From the NCBI GenBank assembly GCA_900549325.1, contig UROI01000001.1, positions 108,973 through 172,972 on the forward strand: a stretch of 64,000 nt of DNA, written 5' to 3'. The notes beneath the pieces are model-generated. The model was not told where the DNA came from. It worked only from the letters and a program-made list of their open reading frames with translations, and did not search any database. Shown here piece by piece: positions 37,220-48,879 of the stretch. The number at the start of each line of letters is the position of its first letter. Positions within the stretch are counted from its first letter, which is position 1. The DNA is from an uncultured Mycoplasmatota bacterium. Its GTDB lineage: Bacteria; Bacillota_I; Bacilli_A; RF39; UBA660. The position numbers and the translations under genes are program-made.

Positions 37220-37714
37220 ATGGCAAATGCAAAAATATTAGAGAAGAAGTCTTTAGTTGTAGATGAAATCAAAGGTAAATTTGAAAATGCTAAATCAGTA
37301 GTAGTATTTGATCCAAGAGGATTAAATGTTGCTGAAGTAACTGAACTAAGAAAAGCTCTAAGAGAATCAGGTTCTGATTATAAAGTATATAAAAATACTT
37401 TAGCTAAAAGAGCTGCTGGTAGTTTAGATATTAACTTAGATGAGTATTTAGAAGGACCTTCTGCAATAAGTTTTTCTAGTGATGAACTTGCTCCTGTTAA
37501 AATCATTAGTGATTTTGCTAAGAAGCATGAAGCACTTGAATTAAAAGCAGGTATCGTTGAAGGAAAGGTTGTATCTGCTGATGAATTATCTGTATATGCT
37601 GCTATTCCATCAAGAGAAGGATTACTTACAATGCTTGCTGCAGGACTTATGGGTACTGTTAAAGACTTATCAATATGTTTAGATTTATATGCTAAACAAA
37701 AAGAAGAAAATTAA
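37220..37714 (+). CDS. rplJ: 50S ribosomal protein L10
   Basis: Synteny and a typical sequence (VVVFDPRGLNVAEVTELRKALRE). Confidence 0.95.
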   Translation: MANAKILEKKSLVVDEIKGKFENAKSVVVFDPRGLNVAEVTELRKALRESGSDYKVYKNTLAKRAAGSLDINLDEYLEGPSAISFSSDELAPVKIISDFAKKHEALELKAGIVEGKVVSADELSVYAAIPSREGLLTMLAAGLMGTVKDLSICLDLYAKQKEEN

Positions 37715-37751
37715 TAAGAAAAATAAATTATAGGAAAGGAAGGAAAATATA

Positions 37752-38117
37752 ATGGCTAAATTAACAAAAGAAGAATTTATAAATTCACTAAATGAAATGT
37801 CTATTCTTGAAATTAAAGAATTAGTAGATGCAATGAAGGAGGCATATGGTGTTGATCCATCAGCAGTTGCTGTTGCAGGACCTGCAGTAGCAGTTGTTGA
37901 AGAAGGACCAAGCAAAGTTAACGTTGTTTTAACTGCTGCTGGTGCTAACAAGATTGCTGTTATTAAATTAGTTAGAGATTTAACTGGTTTAGGATTAAAA
38001 GAAGCTAAAGACATTGCTGATAATGGTGGAAACGTTAAAGAAGGCATCGACAAAGAAGAAGCTGAAAAGATTAAAGCTCAATTTGAAGAAGCTGGAGCTA
38101 CTGTTGAACTTAAGTAG
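37752..38117 (+). CDS. rplL: 50S ribosomal protein L7/L12
   Basis: An Ala/Val-rich hinge and a C-terminal [21 protein letters not shown]...EAGATVELK. Confidence 0.97.
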   Translation: MAKLTKEEFINSLNEMSILEIKELVDAMKEAYGVDPSAVAVAGPAVAVVEEGPSKVNVVLTAAGANKIAVIKLVRDLTGLGLKEAKDIADNGGNVKEGIDKEEAEKIKAQFEEAGATVELK

Positions 38118-38132
38118 TTTACATTGTATTTT

Positions 38133-38162
38133 AGGAACTATCGAATGATAGTTCCTTTTTTT
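38133..38162 (+). terminator. Intrinsic terminator after rplL
   Basis: AGGAACTATC-gaat-GATAGTTCCT followed by TTTTTT. Confidence 0.85.
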
Positions 38163-38171
38163 AAACATTCA

Positions 38172-38223
38172 AATATGAGACCTTGGGCTTATATTTGCCT
38201 TGCGAGACCTTAGGCTCGGAAGG
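38172..38223 (+). repeat. Tandem-hairpin intergenic repeat, locus E (2 hairpins, no head box)
   Basis: AATATGAG-ACCTTGGG-CTTATATT (38172-38195) has one G-T wobble on this strand. CCTTGCGAG-ACCTTAGG-CTCGGAAGG (38198-38223) has one mismatch. Confidence 0.75.
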
Positions 38224-38283
38224 ATATATAAAAATATTGTAATTTTATAGTTATTTTATTATAATATAGTTAGAAGGTGAGTT

Positions 38284-38877
38284 ATGAGTCAGTATTTTGA
38301 TAATGATAATAATGTTAAACATAATAAAAAAATAATAGAATTTTATTTTAATGATAAAAAATATAATGTATATAGTGATAATGGAGTATTTTCTAAAGAT
38401 AAATTTGATTATGGTACTAGACTATTACTCGATAGTATTGATATATCTAAATTAAGTGGTAATGTTCTTGACTTAGGTTGTGGAATAGGAGTAGTTGGAA
38501 TAATACTTGGTACTATTAATAAAAATATTAATATTGATATGATTGATATTAATGAGAGAGCTTTATCTTTAGTAAGAGATAATTTAACTTTAAATAAGGT
38601 TAAAGCTAATGTTTTTAGTAGTGATGTATACTCTAATGTAAATAAAAAATATGACTATATTATTACTAATCCTCCTATTAGAGCGGGTAAAGAAGTAGTA
38701 AGAAAGTTTTTACTAGGAGGTTTTGACTACTTAAATGATAACGGAATATTATATTTTGTTATGAGAAAAGATCATGGCGTTAAATCGATGATTAAAGAGT
38801 TAGAAAATAAATATAATGTAACTATTGTAAATAAAGATAAAGGATTTTATATTGTATCTTTGACTAAACATCTATAG
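38284..38877 (+). CDS. Class I SAM-dependent methyltransferase (YbxB/RsmC-like)
   Basis: VLDLGCGIGVVG and ITNPPIRAGK motifs. It sits between rplL and rpoB, as B. subtilis ybxB does. Confidence 0.85.
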   Translation: MSQYFDNDNNVKHNKKIIEFYFNDKKYNVYSDNGVFSKDKFDYGTRLLLDSIDISKLSGNVLDLGCGIGVVGIILGTINKNINIDMIDINERALSLVRDNLTLNKVKANVFSSDVYSNVNKKYDYIITNPPIRAGKEVVRKFLLGGFDYLNDNGILYFVMRKDHGVKSMIKELENKYNVTIVNKDKGFYIVSLTKHL

Positions 38878-39057
38878 TAAAGTAGATGTTTTTTCTCTTT
38901 TTATGTAAAAATAATAAAAATTGGTAAAAAAAAATAAAAAAGTGTTTCTAAAGTTATTGACTTATTGGTTAAATGCTGATAAACTTATAAATTGGTAACA
39001 CATCTTTTAATGTGGCTGATTTTATAAAAAAATCTAGGTATTGGGGTGAAAAAATTA

Positions 39058-42000
39058 ATGGCTTATAAGTTAAAACAAAGCGGAGATTATAGAAAAAGAA
39101 GAAACTTTTCTATGATCAAAAATTCACTAGCAATTAGTGATTTATTAGAAGTGCAAACTGCTTCATACAAGTGGTTCACTACGGAAGGGGTTAAAGAGGT
39201 TTTTGAAACATTTTCACCAATTGAAAGTTTCTCTGGTAGTTTATCTTTAGAATTTGGTGAATATGAATTCGGTACTCCAAGATATTCAATTAAAGAATGC
39301 AAAGATAGACAGATTACTTATGCTGCTCCTCTTAAAGTTCAAACTAGACTATTTAATAATGAGACTGGTGAAGTTAAAGAACAAGAAATATTCTTAGGCG
39401 ATATGCCACTTATGACTGAAGCAGGTACATTTATTATTAATGGTGCTGAGAGAGTTGTTGTATCACAACTTGTTAGATCTCCTAGTGTATACTTTTCTAA
39501 AGAGATAGATAAGAATGGTAAACCTGTATTTGCATCTAAAGTTATTCCATCAAGAGGTACTTGGTTAGAGTATGAAACTGATGCTAAAGATGTTATCTAT
39601 GTAAGAATAGATAGAAATAGAAAGGTACCAATGACTACTCTTTTAAGAGCAGTTGGACTATCTTCTAACGACGATATATTATCTTTATTTGATAATGATG
39701 TATATCTTAAGAATACTATCGAAAAAGATTCTACACATGATACTGATGAAGCTCTTATTGAAATATATGAGAAGTTAAGACCAGGTGAACCTACTACTCT
39801 TGATAGTTCAAAGAACCAATTAATTACTAGATTCTTTGATGACTTTCATTATGACTTAGCAAGAGTTGGTAGATATAAATTTAATAAGAAATTAAATGTT
39901 AAAGATAGACTACTTGGAAATAGACTTGCTGAGGATATTATAGTAGATGGTGAAGTTAAAATTGCTAAGGATACTTTAGTTACCAAGGAAGTATTAGAAG
40001 AATTATCTACATACTTAGATAATGGTTATGGTATTACTGAATGTAAGGTTAATGAAGATTTAACTATTAATGCAAGTGTAGAAGAACATAATAAGATTCA
40101 AGTTATTAAGGTTTATTCTAATGTTGATGACAAGAAGATTGTTCATGTTATTGGTAATGATCCTAACTGTGAACTTAAGAATTTAACTATTGCTGATTTA
40201 TATGCCACTGTTAGTTATTATTTAAATTTAAATGATGGTATTGGTGACATAGATGAAATAGACCACTTGGGTAACAGAAGAGTTAAACAAGTAGGAGAAT
40301 TATTACAAAATCAATTTAAGATTGGTTTTAGTAGAATGGAAAGAGTTATTAGAGAGAGAATGACTACTCAAGATATTGAGACTGTTACTCCTAAAACTTT
40401 AATTAATATTAGACCTGTTACTGCTGTTATCAAAGAATTCTTTGGTAGTAGCCAGTTATCTCAATTTATGGATCAAACTAATCCAATTGCAGAACTTACT
40501 CATAAGAGAAGATTATCTGCTTTAGGACCTGGTGGATTATCTAGAGATAGAGCAGGTACTGAGGTAAGAGATGTTAACTCATCTCACTATGGTAGAATTT
40601 GTCCTATCGAGTCTCCTGAAGGAGCTAACATTGGACTTATTACATCACTAGCTAGTTATGCTAGAATTAATGATTATGGATTTATTCAAACTCCATATAG
40701 AAAAGTAGTTGATAGTAGACTTACTGATGAGATAGTTTACTTAACTGCTGATGAAGAAGAGGATTATTATATATCTCAAGCTACTGTTAATACTGATGAT
40801 GATGGTAAAATTACTGATAGTATAGTAGCTGGTAGATATAAGGGAGAAAATGTTTTAGTTAGTCCTGACAAGGTTGACTATATCGACGTATCTCCTCAAC
40901 AAGTAGTATCTGTAACTACAAGTTTAATACCATTCCTAGAGCATGACGATGCTACCCGTGCACTAATGGGTGCAAACATGCAAAGACAGGCATTACCTCT
41001 ACTTAAGACAGAAGCTCCTTATGTAGGAACTGGTGCTGAATATATTGCTGCGAGAGATAGTGGCTCTGTAGTAGTTGCTAAGGCTGATGGTATTGTTAGT
41101 TATGCTGATGCTAAAAAGATTGTTGTTAAGAATGCTAAAGGTGAAGATGTTTATTATTTAGCTACTTTTGAAAGATCTAACCAAGGTGAAACATTTAATC
41201 ATGTTCCTATAGTTAGAGAAGGCGATAAGGTTAAGAAAGGTCAAATAATAGCAGATGGTCCAAGTACTGATAAAGGTGAACTTGCACTTGGTAAGAATGT
41301 AGTTGTTGCATTTACTACATTTAATGGTTATAACTATGAAGATGCTGTTATTATGAATGAAAGATTAGTAAAAGATGATGTTTATACTTCACTTCATATT
41401 GAAGATTATGAATTACAATGTCGTGATACTAAATTAGGACCTGAAGAAATTACTAGAGATATTCCTAATGTTGGAGAAGAAGCTAGAAAGAATCTTGATG
41501 AGAATGGTATTGTTAAAATTGGTACTGAGGTTCATGAAGGAGATATTCTAGTAGGTAAAGTTACTCCTAAAGGAATGGCTGATTTAACTAGTGAAGAAAA
41601 ACTTTTACATGCTATCTTTGGCGAAAAGACTAGAGAAGTTAGAAATTCATCACTTACTGTTCCACATGGTGGTGATGGTGTAGTTCACGATGTTAAAGTT
41701 TATACTAAAGATGATAATGATGACTTACCTAGCGGTGTAAGTATGGTTGTTAGAGTATATATTATTCAAAAGAGAAAGATTCAAGTTGGAGATAAAATGA
41801 GTGGTCGTCACGGAAATAAAGGTGTTATTTCACTTATACTTCCTAGTGAGGATATGCCATTCTTACCTGATGGTACTCCTGTTGATATTATGCTTAACCC
41901 TCAGGGTGTTCCATCTCGTATGAATATTGGTCAGATACTTGAGTTACACTTAGGTATGGCTGGTAAGAAACTTGGTGTACATTTTGCTACTCCGGTACTT

Positions 42001-42681
42001 GATGGTGCTAAGGAAGAGGATATTGCTGCTGCTATGAAAGAAGCAGGTATGGATCCTGATGGTAAGACAGTTCTTTATGATGGTAGAACTGGTGAAGAAT
42101 TTGATAGTAGAATATCTGTTGGTGTAATGTATATGATTAAGTTACATCACATGGTTGATGATAAATTACATGCTAGAGCAACTGGTCCTTACTCACTAGT
42201 TACACAACAACCACTTGGTGGTAAAGCACAACTTGGTGGACAGAGATTTGGTGAAATGGAAGTTTGGGCACTTGAAGCTTATGGTGCTGCTCATGTACTT
42301 CAAGAAATTCTTACTTATAAGTCTGATGATGTTGTTGGTAGAGTTAAAGTATATGAAGCTTTAGTTAAAGGTCAACCATTACCAAAACCTGGTATACCTG
42401 AAGCATTTAGAGTATTAATAAAAGAATTCCAAGCTTTAGGACTTGATATATCTGTTATTAATAATGAAGATGAAACTGTATCTTTTGATGAACTTGAAAG
42501 AAATGCAGATAAGGATGAAGAACCTATTGCTGAAGAAGTAATAAATAAAGAAGAAGTGTTTAAAGACTTTGATGATGACGAAGAAGATGATGACTTTGAC
42601 GAGGAAACTGATGATGAGTTTGATGATGACTTCGGAGAAGATGAGTTTGATGATACTGATATGGAAGGAGATGATTTCTAA
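39058..42681 (+). CDS. rpoB: DNA-directed RNA polymerase beta subunit
   Basis: Full-length RpoB homology ([47 protein letters not shown]). The start ATG 39058 follows GGGGTGA. The tail is acidic. Confidence 0.97.
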   Translation: MAYKLKQSGDYRKRRNFSMIKNSLAISDLLEVQTASYKWFTTEGVKEVFETFSPIESFSGSLSLEFGEYEFGTPRYSIKECKDRQITYAAPLKVQTRLFNNETGEVKEQEIFLGDMPLMTEAGTFIINGAERVVVSQLVRSPSVYFSKEIDKNGKPVFASKVIPSRGTWLEYETDAKDVIYVRIDRNRKVPMTTLLRAVGLSSNDDILSLFDNDVYLKNTIEKDSTHDTDEALIEIYEKLRPGEPTTLDSSKNQLITRFFDDFHYDLARVGRYKFNKKLNVKDRLLGNRLAEDIIVDGEVKIAKDTLVTKEVLEELSTYLDNGYGITECKVNEDLTINASVEEHNKIQVIKVYSNVDDKKIVHVIGNDPNCELKNLTIADLYATVSYYLNLNDGIGDIDEIDHLGNRRVKQVGELLQNQFKIGFSRMERVIRERMTTQDIETVTPKTLINIRPVTAVIKEFFGSSQLSQFMDQTNPIAELTHKRRLSALGPGGLSRDRAGTEVRDVNSSHYGRICPIESPEGANIGLITSLASYARINDYGFIQTPYRKVVDSRLTDEIVYLTADEEEDYYISQATVNTDDDGKITDSIVAGRYKGENVLVSPDKVDYIDVSPQQVVSVTTSLIPFLEHDDATRALMGANMQRQALPLLKTEAPYVGTGAEYIAARDSGSVVVAKADGIVSYADAKKIVVKNAKGEDVYYLATFERSNQGETFNHVPIVREGDKVKKGQIIADGPSTDKGELALGKNVVVAFTTFNGYNYEDAVIMNERLVKDDVYTSLHIEDYELQCRDTKLGPEEITRDIPNVGEEARKNLDENGIVKIGTEVHEGDILVGKVTPKGMADLTSEEKLLHAIFGEKTREVRNSSLTVPHGGDGVVHDVKVYTKDDNDDLPSGVSMVVRVYIIQKRKIQVGDKMSGRHGNKGVISLILPSEDMPFLPDGTPVDIMLNPQGVPSRMNIGQILELHLGMAGKKLGVHFATPVLDGAKEEDIAAAMKEAGMDPDGKTVLYDGRTGEEFDSRISVGVMYMIKLHHMVDDKLHARATGPYSLVTQQPLGGKAQLGGQRFGEMEVWALEAYGAAHVLQEILTYKSDDVVGRVKVYEALVKGQPLPKPGIPEAFRVLIKEFQALGLDISVINNEDETVSFDELERNADKDEEPIAEEVINKEEVFKDFDDDEEDDDFDEETDDEFDDDFGEDEFDDTDMEGDDF

Positions 42682-45600
42682 TGTTAGAGGCTAATAATTT
42701 TAAAGCTTTAAAAATAGGAATTGCATCACCTGAGAAGATAAGATCTTGGTCTTATGGTGAGGTTACTAAACCTGAGACTATCAATTATAGAACACTTAAA
42801 CCTGAAAGAGATGGACTATTTTGTGAAAAGATCTTTGGACCTACGAGAGATTATGAATGTTCTTGTGGTAAGTATAAGAGACTTAGATACAAGAATATAG
42901 TTTGTGATAGATGTGGAGTAGAAGTTACTAAATCCTCTGTTAGAAGAGAGAGAATGGGACATATTGAACTTGCTACTCCAGTAAGTCACATTTGGTATGT
43001 TAAGGGTGTTCCATCTTATATTGGACTTACTCTTGATATGTCTCCAAGAGACTTGGAAGAAGTTATATACTTTATTTCCTATGTTGTACTTGATCCTGGT
43101 GCTACTACATTAGTTAAGAAGCAAACATTATCTGACAAAGAGTATAGAGCATATTATGAAAAATATGGTAATACTTTTAGAGTAGGTATGGGTGCTGAAG
43201 CTATTAAAGAATTACTTTCTGAAGTAGATGTTAATAAAGAACTAGGAGAAATTCAAAAGGAATTAGAGGGTGCAACTGGACAAAGAAGAGTTAAACTAGT
43301 TAAGAGACTTGATGTTATTAATTCATTTGTTCAATCTGGTAATAGACCTGAATGGATGATTATTGAGGCTCTTCCTGTTATTCCACCTGAGCTTAGACCT
43401 ATGATACAACTTGATGGTGGTAGATTTGCTACTAGTGACTTAAATGATTTATATAGAAGAGTTATTAATAGAAATAATAGACTTAAGAAATTAATGGAAC
43501 TTGGTGCTCCTTCAATTATCGTTCAAAATGAAAAGAGAATGCTTCAAGAGGCTGTTGACTGCTTATTTGATAATGGTAGAAGAGGCAGAAGTGTTACTGG
43601 AGCAGGTAATAGAGCACTTAAGAGTTTGAGTTCTATGCTTAAGAGTAAACAAGGTAGATTTAGACAAAACTTACTTGGTAAGAGAGTTGACTACTCTGGT
43701 CGTAGTGTTATCGTTGTTGGACCTGATCTTAAGATGTATCAATGTGGTATTCCTAAGGAAATGGCACTTGAACTATTTAAACCTCATGTTATTCATGGTT
43801 TAACTGAGAAGGGTATTGCTAATAATATTAAGGCTGCGAAAAAGATGATTGATAATCAAGATCCTAAAGTATGGGATGTTGTTGAAGATGTTATTAAAGA
43901 GCATCCTGTTATGCTTAACAGAGCTCCTACTTTGCATAGACTTGGTATACAAGCATTTGAACCTAAGTTAATTAGTGGTAAAGCTATTAGACTTCACCCA
44001 CTTGTATGTACTGCATTTAATGCGGACTTTGATGGAGACCAGATGGCTGTACATGTACCTTTAAGTGAAGAGGCTAAGGCTGAAGCTAGAATATTAATGC
44101 TTGGTTCTAATAATATTCTTTCTCCTAAAAATGGTGATCCTATTGTTACTCCATCTCAAGATATGATATTAGGTAACTATTATATTACTATGGAGAAGGC
44201 TGGACTTCCTGGTGAAGGCAGAGTATTTAAGAATTCTAATGAAGCTTTAATGGCTTATCAAAGAAGAGAAATTAAACTTCAAACTAGAATTGCTATTCCT
44301 GTTAATTCATTTAAGCATAAGGTATTCTTAGATAGTGTTAAGAATAAGTATTTAGTTACTACTCCAGGTAAGATTATATTTAATGAAATATTACCCGATT
44401 CATTCCCTTACTTATGTGAGTCTACTAGTGAGAATATTGAAGGATTTACTCCTAGTAAGTACTTTATTGATTATGGTGAGAATATTCCTGAAATAATTAG
44501 TAATATGCCACTTTCTACTCCATTTAATAAGGGTGCTTTAGAGAAGATTATTGCTCAAATGTTTAAGAGATATAAGACTACTGAAACTAGTATATTCCTT
44601 GATAAACTTAAGGATTTAGGATTTAAGTATTCTACATTCTCTGGTATTACAATTGCTGCATCTGATGTTGTTGTTAGTAAGAACAAAGAGGCTGTTATTG
44701 AGAAATCTAATGAAGAAATTAAGAAAGTTAATAAACAGTTCCAAAGAGGACTTATTACTGATAGAGAAAGACTTGATCTTGTTATTGATATTTGGTCTAA
44801 GGCTAAAGAAGAAATTCAGGATGAATTACAAGGTTATGCTAAGAGTTATGTTGATAACCCAATATTCATAATGATGAACTCTAAGGCTAGAGGATCTATC
44901 TCTAACTTCGTACAACTTGCTGGTATGAGAGGATTAATGGCTAAACCTAATGGTGAAACTATTGAAATTCCAATTCTATCTAACTTTAGTGAAGGTCTTT
45001 CAGTATCTGAATTCTTCTTATCTACACATAGTGCTAGAAAAGGTAGTGCAGATACAGCATTAAAGACTGCTGACTCTGGTTATATGACAAGAAGACTTGT
45101 TGATGTAGCACAAGATATTATTGTTAAAGAAGAGGATTGTGGTACTATTCAAGGTGTACTTGTTAGTGCATTTATGGATGATAAAGATGGTGTTATTGAA
45201 CCATTATATGATAGAATATTAGGAAGATTTACTAATAAGAAAGTAATTAATCCTGAAACTAAAGAAGTAATTATTGATAAAAATGAATATATTACTGAGG
45301 CTATTGCTGATAAGATAATTAAAGCTGGTATTAAGGAAGTTGAAATTAGAACTGTACTTACTTGTAAGACTGACCATGGTGTTTGTCAACATTGTTATGG
45401 TAGAAATCTTGCTACTGGTAATATTGTTGAAATTGGTGAAGCTGTTGGTGTAATGGGAGCTCAATCTATTGGTGAACCTGGTACTCAGCTTACCATGAGA
45501 ACATTCCATACTGGTGGTGTTGCTGGAGCCGATATTACACAAGGTCTTCCAAGAGTTGAAGAGTTATTTGAAGCTAGAATGCCTAAAGGTAAAGCTACTA

Positions 45601-46307
45601 TATCTGAAATTGGTGGTGTTATTACTAAGATTGAAGATGCTGGTGGTAAATTTAAGGTATATGTTAAGAATGATACTGAGACTAGAGAACATACTACTTT
45701 ATATGGTGCTAAACTTAGAGTAGAAAAAGGAGATAAGATTGAGGCTGGAGATAGACTTACTGAAGGTTCTGTGTCTCCTAAAGAGTTACTTGCAGTAACT
45801 GATCCTAATACTGTTCAACAATATATATTAAAAGAAGTTCAAAAGGTATATAGATCACAGGGTGTTGATATTAATGATAAACACGTTGAGATTGTTGCTA
45901 GAAGAATGATTTCTAAAGTTAGAATTATGGAAGCTGGAGATACTTTATTTGTACCTAGTACAACTGTTTCTCTACAAGAGTTTACTAAGGGTAATAGAGA
46001 TGTTATTATTCAAGGTAAGAAACCTGCAATAGGACAACCAATATTACTTGGTATTACTAAAGCAGCACTTGAGACTGATTCATTCTTATCTTCTGCATCA
46101 TTCCAAGAAACTACTAGAATATTAACTGAAGCTTCAGTTAAGGGTAAAGTAGATAAACTACAAGGATTAAAAGAAAATGTTATTATTGGTAAGTTAATCC
46201 CTGCAGGTACTGGTGCTAAAGAATATATGGATGTTGGTTATTCTTTAGAAAAAGAATTCTTTGATGAAGATGCTTCTGAAGTACTTGAAGAAGAATTTAT
46301 GGATTAA
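42681..46307 (+). CDS. rpoC: DNA-directed RNA polymerase beta' subunit
   Basis: The Zn finger is [23 protein letters not shown] and the catalytic motif is [14 protein letters not shown]. The start overlaps the rpoB stop (TAATG). Confidence 0.97.
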   Translation: MLEANNFKALKIGIASPEKIRSWSYGEVTKPETINYRTLKPERDGLFCEKIFGPTRDYECSCGKYKRLRYKNIVCDRCGVEVTKSSVRRERMGHIELATPVSHIWYVKGVPSYIGLTLDMSPRDLEEVIYFISYVVLDPGATTLVKKQTLSDKEYRAYYEKYGNTFRVGMGAEAIKELLSEVDVNKELGEIQKELEGATGQRRVKLVKRLDVINSFVQSGNRPEWMIIEALPVIPPELRPMIQLDGGRFATSDLNDLYRRVINRNNRLKKLMELGAPSIIVQNEKRMLQEAVDCLFDNGRRGRSVTGAGNRALKSLSSMLKSKQGRFRQNLLGKRVDYSGRSVIVVGPDLKMYQCGIPKEMALELFKPHVIHGLTEKGIANNIKAAKKMIDNQDPKVWDVVEDVIKEHPVMLNRAPTLHRLGIQAFEPKLISGKAIRLHPLVCTAFNADFDGDQMAVHVPLSEEAKAEARILMLGSNNILSPKNGDPIVTPSQDMILGNYYITMEKAGLPGEGRVFKNSNEALMAYQRREIKLQTRIAIPVNSFKHKVFLDSVKNKYLVTTPGKIIFNEILPDSFPYLCESTSENIEGFTPSKYFIDYGENIPEIISNMPLSTPFNKGALEKIIAQMFKRYKTTETSIFLDKLKDLGFKYSTFSGITIAASDVVVSKNKEAVIEKSNEEIKKVNKQFQRGLITDRERLDLVIDIWSKAKEEIQDELQGYAKSYVDNPIFIMMNSKARGSISNFVQLAGMRGLMAKPNGETIEIPILSNFSEGLSVSEFFLSTHSARKGSADTALKTADSGYMTRRLVDVAQDIIVKEEDCGTIQGVLVSAFMDDKDGVIEPLYDRILGRFTNKKVINPETKEVIIDKNEYITEAIADKIIKAGIKEVEIRTVLTCKTDHGVCQHCYGRNLATGNIVEIGEAVGVMGAQSIGEPGTQLTMRTFHTGGVAGADITQGLPRVEELFEARMPKGKATISEIGGVITKIEDAGGKFKVYVKNDTETREHTTLYGAKLRVEKGDKIEAGDRLTEGSVSPKELLAVTDPNTVQQYILKEVQKVYRSQGVDINDKHVEIVARRMISKVRIMEAGDTLFVPSTTVSLQEFTKGNRDVIIQGKKPAIGQPILLGITKAALETDSFLSSASFQETTRILTEASVKGKVDKLQGLKENVIIGKLIPAGTGAKEYMDVGYSLEKEFFDEDASEVLEEEFMD

Positions 46308-46378
46308 TAAATAAAAAAGAATAGAAGTCGTGTTGATACATGGCTTCTATTTGTTTATAGAAAGAGGTGGAATATTAT

Positions 46379-46753
46379 ATGAATACTAATGAATTAATTA
46401 AGTATATGGCTAATACTTTGAATAGGCTATATATATGTAGAAATAATAGTAGTGGTATGGTTAGAACTAATATATATAATGCTATCTTATATTATAAGAG
46501 AATGTTAATTAAGAATGATTGTATACTGGCTTATACTGATAATGATGATATTAAATTGAGTAATAAGGCTTTATCTGATACTTTGTTTTATATTGCTAGT
46601 GATATTCAATATTTTAATTCGTTATTTAATGATGATGATTTGGTTAATGCTTGGTGGTATGTATGTTTGGCTAAGAATGAGTTAGATATGAATAATAGCA
46701 AGGTTAATGGTACTTCTAGAAAAAAGGTTATGAATAATAAAGTTATAGAATAG
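46379..46753 (+). CDS. Hypothetical protein
   Basis: ATG 46379 follows GAGGTGG, and a hairpin + T7 terminator sits at about 46741-46773. No recognisable motif. Confidence 0.5.
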   Translation: MNTNELIKYMANTLNRLYICRNNSSGMVRTNIYNAILYYKRMLIKNDCILAYTDNDDIKLSNKALSDTLFYIASDIQYFNSLFNDDDLVNAWWYVCLAKNELDMNNSKVNGTSRKKVMNNKVIE

Positions 46754-46780
46754 TTTATTTTATAACTTTTTTTGTTTGTT

Positions 46781-46870
46781 CACTCTAAGCTTGTAATCTT
46801 AGAGTGTTAAATTAAGCCTCTTAAAAAGAGTCTTAATTTAATATGTCAGTAACATCTATTATATATAAGC
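46781..46870 (-). repeat. Tandem-hairpin intergenic repeat, locus F (head box + 2 hairpins, forward orientation on minus strand)
   Basis: CACTCTAAG-CTTGTAAT-CTTAGAGTG (46781-46806). TTAAATTAAG-CCTCTTAAAAAGAGT-CTTAATTTAA (46807-46841). The head is CTATTATATATAAGC (46856-46870), identical to locus A. Confidence 0.8.
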
Positions 46871-46983
46871 ATATTGTGGGTTATTATGATGTTGTTTTGT
46901 TTATTATTTGGTTTATTTTGTTGACTATTTGGTAAAATAATAGTATTATATAGGTGATTTGTTTGAGAAGGAGAACTAAGAAT

Positions 46984-48807
46984 ATGAAAAACTATAATGA
47001 GGATATAGAGAGAAACTTGTATTTAAGAGATTTATTATTAGGAAATATACAAGGACCTTTAACTGGAATACCAAATATAGATAAGCCTTGGCTTAAATAT
47101 TATACTAAAGAACAGTTAATGGCTACTTCTGTTAATAAAACTGTTTATCGTTATTTATATGATGAAAATAAAAAATATTTGAATGATATTGCTATTATAT
47201 TTGCAAATAGAAAGATAAAATATTTTGAATTATTTATGCAAATAGAAAAAGTGGCTAAATCACTTAAAGCTATGGGAGTAAAAAAGGGAGAAATTGTTAC
47301 GATATGTTTACCTAATACTCCTGAATCTGCTTATTTATTTTATGCTTGTAGTATGATAGGAGCAATAGCAGATTATATTGATCCTACTGAAAGTGAAGAA
47401 GGTTTGGAAAAGTATTTGAATATATCTAATCCTAAACATTTGATAATGTTAGATATGTGTTTTGATAAGTTTACTAACTTAATTAAGAAGAAAAATATAG
47501 AAAATGTTGTTGTTACATCACCTGTCGAATCTTTGCCATTAATAATGAATGGCTTAAAGATTAAGACTAAAATATCTGATAGAGAACTTTATAATAGACA
47601 TAAAAAAGTTATGAAAGAGTCTTCAGCTAATTATATGTTTTATAAAGATTTTATTAAAAATGGAAATATGTATAATGGTGTATTAGAAGAAGAGTATGAA
47701 AAAGATAGACCAGTTGCTATTGTTCATACTGGAGGAACTACAGGGGTACCTAAAGGCGTACTTTTATCTAATGATAATTTAAATGAACTTACTAGTCAAA
47801 TAAAGAATTCACCAGTACAATTTATAAGACATTATTTATTGGTAGGTGTAATGCCAGAATTTGTTGGATATGGTCTTAGTGTAGGATTACATACATCTTT
47901 AGTTTGTGGTATGAAAACGATGATGATTGCTAAGTATGAACCAGAAAAGATACCTGAAGTAATACTAAAGTATAAACCTAATTGTATGGCTGGTAGTCCT
48001 GCCCACTGGGAAATATTCTCTAAAAGTCCTTTAATAAATAAACCTAATGTTGATTTATCTTTCTTTAAAGCTCCTATTGAAGGAGGAGATACTCTTAATG
48101 CTAAAGTTGAGAGTAAAGTTAATGAAATATTAGATAAAGGTGGATGCGAATATAAGATACAAAAAGGTTATGGTTTAACAGAAAAATGTTCTGCTGTTAC
48201 AGTATGCTTTAATAATGAAGTTAATAAACCTGGTAGTGTAGGCGTTCCATTTTCTAAAACTGTTATATCTATATATGATAATGATAAGGAAGAAGATTTA
48301 CATTATAATGAACTTGGTGAAATTTGTGTAAGTGCTCCAGATATTATGCTTGGCTATTATGGTAATGAAGAGGAAACAAAAAAGGTAATAAAAAAACATT
48401 CTGATGGTAATATGTGGCTTCATACAGGTGATATTGGATATGTTACAGAAGATGGTTTACTATATGTTGTTAGCAGAATAAAAGATATAATTATTAGATA
48501 TGATGGTAAAAAAATATATCCATATAATGTTGAGAATATTTTATTAAAATGTCCTATAGTTAAATCAGTAGCGGTAGTTGGTATTCCTGATCCAAATCAT
48601 TATAATGGGGAAGTACCAGTTGCTTTTGTTAGTGTTGATGATAGTTATAGTAAAGAAGAGGCAATGAGAATAGTTAGTAATTATGCTAATAGTACTATTA
48701 CTGATTATTTAATACCAACATTATACTACATTGAAGATGAGTTACCTAAAACTGTAGTAGGTAAAGTTGATAAAAAAGTATTAAAAAGGTCTCTAGTTAG
48801 AAAGTAA
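46984..48807 (+). CDS. AMP-dependent synthetase/ligase (acyl-CoA synthetase family)
   Basis: AMP-binding motifs are AIVHTGGTTGVPKGVLLS, GYGLTE and TGDIGYVTEDGLLYVVSRIKD, plus C-terminal GKVDKK. ATG 46984 follows AAGGAG. Confidence 0.88.
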   Translation: MKNYNEDIERNLYLRDLLLGNIQGPLTGIPNIDKPWLKYYTKEQLMATSVNKTVYRYLYDENKKYLNDIAIIFANRKIKYFELFMQIEKVAKSLKAMGVKKGEIVTICLPNTPESAYLFYACSMIGAIADYIDPTESEEGLEKYLNISNPKHLIMLDMCFDKFTNLIKKKNIENVVVTSPVESLPLIMNGLKIKTKISDRELYNRHKKVMKESSANYMFYKDFIKNGNMYNGVLEEEYEKDRPVAIVHTGGTTGVPKGVLLSNDNLNELTSQIKNSPVQFIRHYLLVGVMPEFVGYGLSVGLHTSLVCGMKTMMIAKYEPEKIPEVILKYKPNCMAGSPAHWEIFSKSPLINKPNVDLSFFKAPIEGGDTLNAKVESKVNEILDKGGCEYKIQKGYGLTEKCSAVTVCFNNEVNKPGSVGVPFSKTVISIYDNDKEEDLHYNELGEICVSAPDIMLGYYGNEEETKKVIKKHSDGNMWLHTGDIGYVTEDGLLYVVSRIKDIIIRYDGKKIYPYNVENILLKCPIVKSVAVVGIPDPNHYNGEVPVAFVSVDDSYSKEEAMRIVSNYANSTITDYLIPTLYYIEDELPKTVVGKVDKKVLKRSLVRK

Positions 48808-48879
48808 AAAATGAATGTTTTTTGCTTTCTTTTTTACCATTGCTGTGTTATAATCAATATAGAATAAAGAGGTGGTGTT

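Noticed and set aside
37685-38053. Minus-strand 122-aa ORF over rplL
   Set aside because: It is antisense to the L7/L12 gene. The open frame comes from the Ala/Val/Lys-rich codon bias.
42480-42681. Long D/E-rich C-terminal tail of RpoB as a possible novelty
   Set aside because: Firmicute RpoB proteins, including B. subtilis as I recall it, already carry acidic C-terminal extensions. It is compositional variation rather than a new feature.
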